Source: an uncultured Actinomycetota bacterium
GTDB taxonomy: Bacteria > Actinomycetota > Acidimicrobiia > Spongiisociales > UBA4744
Assembly: GCA_963718995.1 (NCBI GenBank)
Contig: CAVRAP010000006.1
Coordinates: forward strand, 5,795-69,794
Direction of reading: 5' to 3'
Length of the DNA: 64,000 nt
Shown: in pieces, positions 56,716 to 64,000 of the stretch
Layout: every line of letters starts with the position of its first letter
Numbering within the stretch: the first letter of the stretch is position 1
Program-made: the position numbers and the translations under genes
Notes under the pieces: generated by a model
Databases searched by the model: none
Told to the model about the DNA's origin: nothing
Seen by the model: the letters and a program-made list of their open reading frames with translations, nothing else

Positions 56716-56755
56716 CCAAAGTAAACAACGGCCGTGACCACCTGGAAGGAGCGCC

Positions 56756-60691
<3,936 letters not shown>

Positions 60692-60714
60692 CGACTATCG
60701 GCGCTATTGATGGA

Positions 60715-60740
60715 GAGCCCCGGGCGGTTGCCCGGGGCTC
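60715..60740. terminator. 11-bp perfect stem-loop (gagccccgggc-ggtt-gcccggggctc) followed by tctccgttcccc
   Basis: 24 nt after the rpoC stop. Confidence 0.6.
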
Positions 60741-60858
60741 TCTCCGTTCCCCTATAGTTCACCCGGTCGACCCGGCGGCAAGGGGCCTTCGACCCTACGC
60801 AAGATGCTGGAGCGTCTGCAAGAGTTACTGCAGAATTGGCAGCTTGACAAGAGGAGCG

Positions 60859-61992
60859 ATGATGACACGGAAATGGGCTTGGCTGGCCATCGTGCTGGTG
60901 TTAGCGCTGGTGGTAGCTGCGTGCGGCAGCACGGCGGACGAAACAACGACTACTGCGGACGGAGACACCGGGACTACAGCCTCATCGGAGGAGCCGCTCC
61001 GGGTGGCGTTTGTCTACGTTGGTCCGGTCGGTGATGCCGGGTGGACCTGGGCCCATGATCAGGGTCGGCTCTACCTCGAAGCCAACGTTCCCAACGTCGA
61101 GACGAGGTTCTTGGAGAGCATCCCGGAGGGGTCGGAGTCGCAACGCGTATTTGAAGAACTGGCCGCCGACGGAGTCGATCTGATCTTCGGTACTTCCTTC
61201 GGGTACATGGAACCGATGCTGGCTGCCGCCGAGAAATACCCGGATACCGTGTTCATGCACGCAACGGGATACAAAACCTCGGCGAACATGGGAACCTACT
61301 TCGGCGCCGCGGAGGAGGGCCGGTACCTGACCGGAATGGCGGCCGGGGATGTTACCGAATCCAACCTGGTCGGCTACGTTGCAGCGTTTCCGATCCCCGA
61401 GGTGCTGCGCGGCATCAATGCCTTCGCACTCGGCGTGAAAGAAGTGAATCCCGATGCCAAAGTACAGGTTGTCTGGTCGAACACGTGGCTCGATCCCAAC
61501 CTCGAACGGCAAGCGGCTGAAGCGCTGCTCGATGCTGGAGCCGATGTTCTGGCCATGCACCAGGACACTCCTGCCACCGGCCAGGCGGCAGAGGGCGTTG
61601 GTGCGAAGTGGGTCGGCTACAACTCTGACGGTGAACGGTTCGCCACAGACGCGTGGCTGACCGCGCCGGTCTGGGACTGGGGACCGTTCTACGTCATGAC
61701 CGCCGAGCAGGTACGCAACGGGACGTGGGTGTCCGAGCAGTTCTACGGCGACATGGCCGGCGGGATGGTCGACATTGCCCCCTTCGGGTCTTCGGTGCCT
61801 CAGGAAGTCCAGGATCTGATTCTGGAGAGGAAAGCACAGATCATCGACGGTTCCTTCGAGGAGTTCGCAGGTCCGATCGTTGATCAGGACGGCACCGAAC
61901 GATACGCAGACGGCGTCGTTGCGCCGCTCGGCGAACTCCTGGGAATGGACTACTTGGTCGACAACGTGATTGGGAGTCCAACTGGCGGCTAA
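60859..61992 (+). CDS. BMP-family (PnrA/Med-like) ABC transporter substrate-binding lipoprotein, likely nucleoside-binding
   Basis: Lipobox 'LALVVAACGS', Thr-rich linker and the BMP fold ('AFVYVGPVGDAGWTWAHD', 'LIFGTSFGY', 'KVQVVWSNTWLDP'). RBS 'gaggag'. Confidence 0.8.
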   Translation: MMTRKWAWLAIVLVLALVVAACGSTADETTTTADGDTGTTASSEEPLRVAFVYVGPVGDAGWTWAHDQGRLYLEANVPNVETRFLESIPEGSESQRVFEELAADGVDLIFGTSFGYMEPMLAAAEKYPDTVFMHATGYKTSANMGTYFGAAEEGRYLTGMAAGDVTESNLVGYVAAFPIPEVLRGINAFALGVKEVNPDAKVQVVWSNTWLDPNLERQAAEALLDAGADVLAMHQDTPATGQAAEGVGAKWVGYNSDGERFATDAWLTAPVWDWGPFYVMTAEQVRNGTWVSEQFYGDMAGGMVDIAPFGSSVPQEVQDLILERKAQIIDGSFEEFAGPIVDQDGTERYADGVVAPLGELLGMDYLVDNVIGSPTGG

Positions 61993-63568
61993 TACCGACG
62001 ATCGTCAGGGCGAGGAGCGGGACGTCCAACCGGACGCCCCGCCTCCTCCAGCCGTCCGTCTTGCTCTCGAAGCGCGCGGGATCGACAAGGAGTTCTACGG
62101 CGTCAAGGCCAACGAAGCGGTCGATTTCGAATTGCGGTGGGGCGAGGTCCACGCCCTCCTGGGTGAAAACGGCGCAGGGAAATCGACATTGTGCTCGGTG
62201 TTTGCCGGGCTTTACCACCCCGATGCAGGCGAACTGATCCTCGATGGTGAGCCGGTTTCTTTCCGATCACCAAGCGATGCGCTGGCCGCCGGCGTTGGCA
62301 TGGTCTACCAGCACTTCCGGTTGGTCGAAAACCTTACGGTGGCTGAGAACCTGGCGCTCGGACATCCCGAGCAGGGCTTTGTGCTCTCCAAACGGGAGAT
62401 CGAGACCCAGGCGGCCGAGCTCGCCAAGCGTTACAACCTGCCGGTGGATCCTTCGGCTCGCATCTGGCAGCTCTCGGTCGGAGAACAACAGCGGGTCGAG
62501 ATCCTCAAGATGCTCTACCGGCGGGCCCGGATTCTCATCCTCGACGAGCCGACCGCGGTGCTGACTCCTCAAGAATCCGAAGCTTTGTTCGACACGGTCC
62601 GGCTCCTCGCCGCCGAGGGCAAGTCGATCATCATCGTTTCGCACAAACTGAACGAGATCCAGGCGGTGACCGACCGGGTAACGGTCCTTCGGGACGGCAA
62701 GAGCGTCGGCACCGTCAACACTGCGGATACCGACCAGAAGGGCCTGGCCAAGATGATGGTCGGACGTGACCTGGAGCTGCCCAAGCGGCATTCGGCGTCG
62801 CAGCCGGGGAACGTGGTGCTGAAGGCCAACGGGGTCACGGTGGCGGGCGACCGGACCGACGAAGCGGTCGCCGCCGTCAGTTTCGAGGTGCGAGAGGGCG
62901 AGATCGTTGGAATCGCCGGCGTGTCCGGGAACGGCCAGCGAGAACTGGCGGAAGCCCTCGCCGGACTGCGAGTCATCAGGAAGGGATCGGTCGAAATCGG
63001 GGGAGTCCCCATGGTCGTCGGCGTCTTGGAGCGCATCGGGAGCGGTTTGAGCTACGTGCCGGGAGACCGACTCGGGCGAGGGTTGGCGCCGGGTTTGACG
63101 ATCGAAGAGAACAGCGCGCTGAAGGACTACCGGTATCCGCCTTTTTCGAAGGGGCCGATTCTGTCCACCCAGGCCTTCAGTGAGCACGCCAAAGACCTCA
63201 TCGAACGGTTCGACATTCGTGGCGTCCGCGAAGGTCTGCCCATTCGTTTGCTCTCGGGTGGCAATCTCCAGAAAGCCCTCGTAGCTCGCGAAGTGGCCCG
63301 CGATCCAAAGGTACTCATTGCAGCTTCGCCTACTCGCGGACTCGATGTGGGTGCAACCGAAGCGGTCAGGAACCTGCTGCTGGCGCAGCGGGACGCGGGA
63401 GTCGGAGTACTCATGATCTCCGAGGATCTCGATGAGGTTATGGCTCTTTCCGATCGGATCCTGGTGATGTTCGACGGCCGTGTCGTTGGTGAGGTATCCG
63501 GTGACGACGCACAGGTCGAACAGATCGGATTGATGATGGGTGGCACCGTGTCGGAGGCGACCGCATGA
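61970..63568 (+). CDS. ABC transporter ATP-binding protein with duplicated ATPase domains (sugar/nucleoside type)
   Basis: Walker A 'GENGAGKST' and signature 'LSVGEQQRVEI' in the first half. 'GVSGNGQRE' and 'LSGGNLQKA' in the second half. Start codon uncertain (TTG). Confidence 0.85.
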   Translation: MGVQLAANTDDRQGEERDVQPDAPPPPAVRLALEARGIDKEFYGVKANEAVDFELRWGEVHALLGENGAGKSTLCSVFAGLYHPDAGELILDGEPVSFRSPSDALAAGVGMVYQHFRLVENLTVAENLALGHPEQGFVLSKREIETQAAELAKRYNLPVDPSARIWQLSVGEQQRVEILKMLYRRARILILDEPTAVLTPQESEALFDTVRLLAAEGKSIIIVSHKLNEIQAVTDRVTVLRDGKSVGTVNTADTDQKGLAKMMVGRDLELPKRHSASQPGNVVLKANGVTVAGDRTDEAVAAVSFEVREGEIVGIAGVSGNGQRELAEALAGLRVIRKGSVEIGGVPMVVGVLERIGSGLSYVPGDRLGRGLAPGLTIEENSALKDYRYPPFSKGPILSTQAFSEHAKDLIERFDIRGVREGLPIRLLSGGNLQKALVAREVARDPKVLIAASPTRGLDVGATEAVRNLLLAQRDAGVGVLMISEDLDEVMALSDRILVMFDGRVVGEVSGDDAQVEQIGLMMGGTVSEATA

Positions 63569-64000
63569 AGAGCTTCACCCTCGGCAGCCGTCGGTTCACG
63601 ATCTCCCCTCGACCCAATCCCACGGGACTCAACTCGCTGGTGGTCTTCTTCATCGCGGTGATCGGCGCTCTTCTCGTCGGCGCCGTGTTTCTGGCGGTCA
63701 CGGGCTTCGCCCCATTCAAGGTATATGCCGAAATGGCCGATTCGGCCCTCGGCGGCAGCCGGGCCATTTCGGAGACACTGCTCGCGGCCGGCCCGTTGAT
63801 TCTGGTCGGTCTGGCGGCGGCAATCGCCTTCAAAATGCTGATCTGGAATATCGGCGGCGAAGGCCAGTTGCTGGTGGGGGCCATCGTGGCGGCAGGAGCC
63901 GGTATAGCGCTCGGTGACAGCTTTCCCGGATGGATCGGCATTCCCATCGTCCTGCTGGCCGGGGCGCTCGGCGGTGCTTTGTGGGCTTCGCTGTCAGCGG
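63565..64000 (+). CDS. ABC transporter permease (partial, runs off the window end)
   Basis: ATGA overlap with the ATPase gene. Hydrophobic helices 'LVVFFIAVIGALLVGAVFLAV' and so on. Not in the ORF list because it has no stop within the window. Confidence 0.7.
   Translation, partial: MKSFTLGSRRFTISPRPNPTGLNSLVVFFIAVIGALLVGAVFLAVTGFAPFKVYAEMADSALGGSRAISETLLAAGPLILVGLAAAIAFKMLIWNIGGEGQLLVGAIVAAGAGIALGDSFPGWIGIPIVLLAGALGGALWASLSA

Overview
This is a high-GC (about 65-68%) bacterial chromosomal segment. The gene order rpmG, MaoC/HadAB-like dehydratase, tRNA-Trp, secE, nusG, rplKAJL, rpoBC looks like Actinomycetota. Reading left to right: a MobA-like gene and a GNAT acetyltransferase; a copper-delivery set (PCu(A)C plus two SCO1) on the minus strand; a small lipoprotein and an aldo/keto reductase; a ba3-type cytochrome oxidase (subunits I, II and a 48-aa IIa); and, transcribed divergently from it, a six-gene operon of translationally coupled genes for a Rieske/cytochrome b6-type complex. 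That operon carries an embedded roughly 600-aa GltD-like NAD(P)H/FAD Fe-S flavoprotein, and I consider it the most interesting system in the window. It is followed by ArsR, an FTR1 iron permease, a SAM methyltransferase, a TetR-MmpL pair, a zinc-ribbon membrane protein, an alkaline-phosphatase-family enzyme, a secreted lipoprotein and a haloalkane dehalogenase. Next comes an 11-gene complex I cluster, nuoABCD-HIJKLMN, with no nuoEFG. After that are glgB, a MidA/NDUFAF7-like methyltransferase with a GC-rich repeat inserted in frame, a heavily frameshifted subtilase, htpX and membrane proteins. The right-hand third is the classic locus tRNA-Tyr/Thr/Met, tuf, rpmG, hadAB-like, ECF sigma and anti-sigma, tRNA-Trp, secE, nusG, rplK, rplA, rplJ, rplL, rpoB, rpoC, and then a BMP-family nucleoside ABC transporter. 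I found no rRNA, CRISPR array, transposase or integrase. Unusual non-coding content is abundant. There are at least eight intergenic arrays of CAGT-core heptanucleotide tandem repeats and at least five arrays of GC-rich palindromic repeats (core CCTCTCCCGC-NN-GCGGGAGAGG). There is a roughly 1-kb repeat expansion in the rplA-rplJ leader and a run of seven perfect 51-bp repeats inside rplJ. Several non-essential genes carry apparent single-base frameshifts, while the long essential genes are intact.
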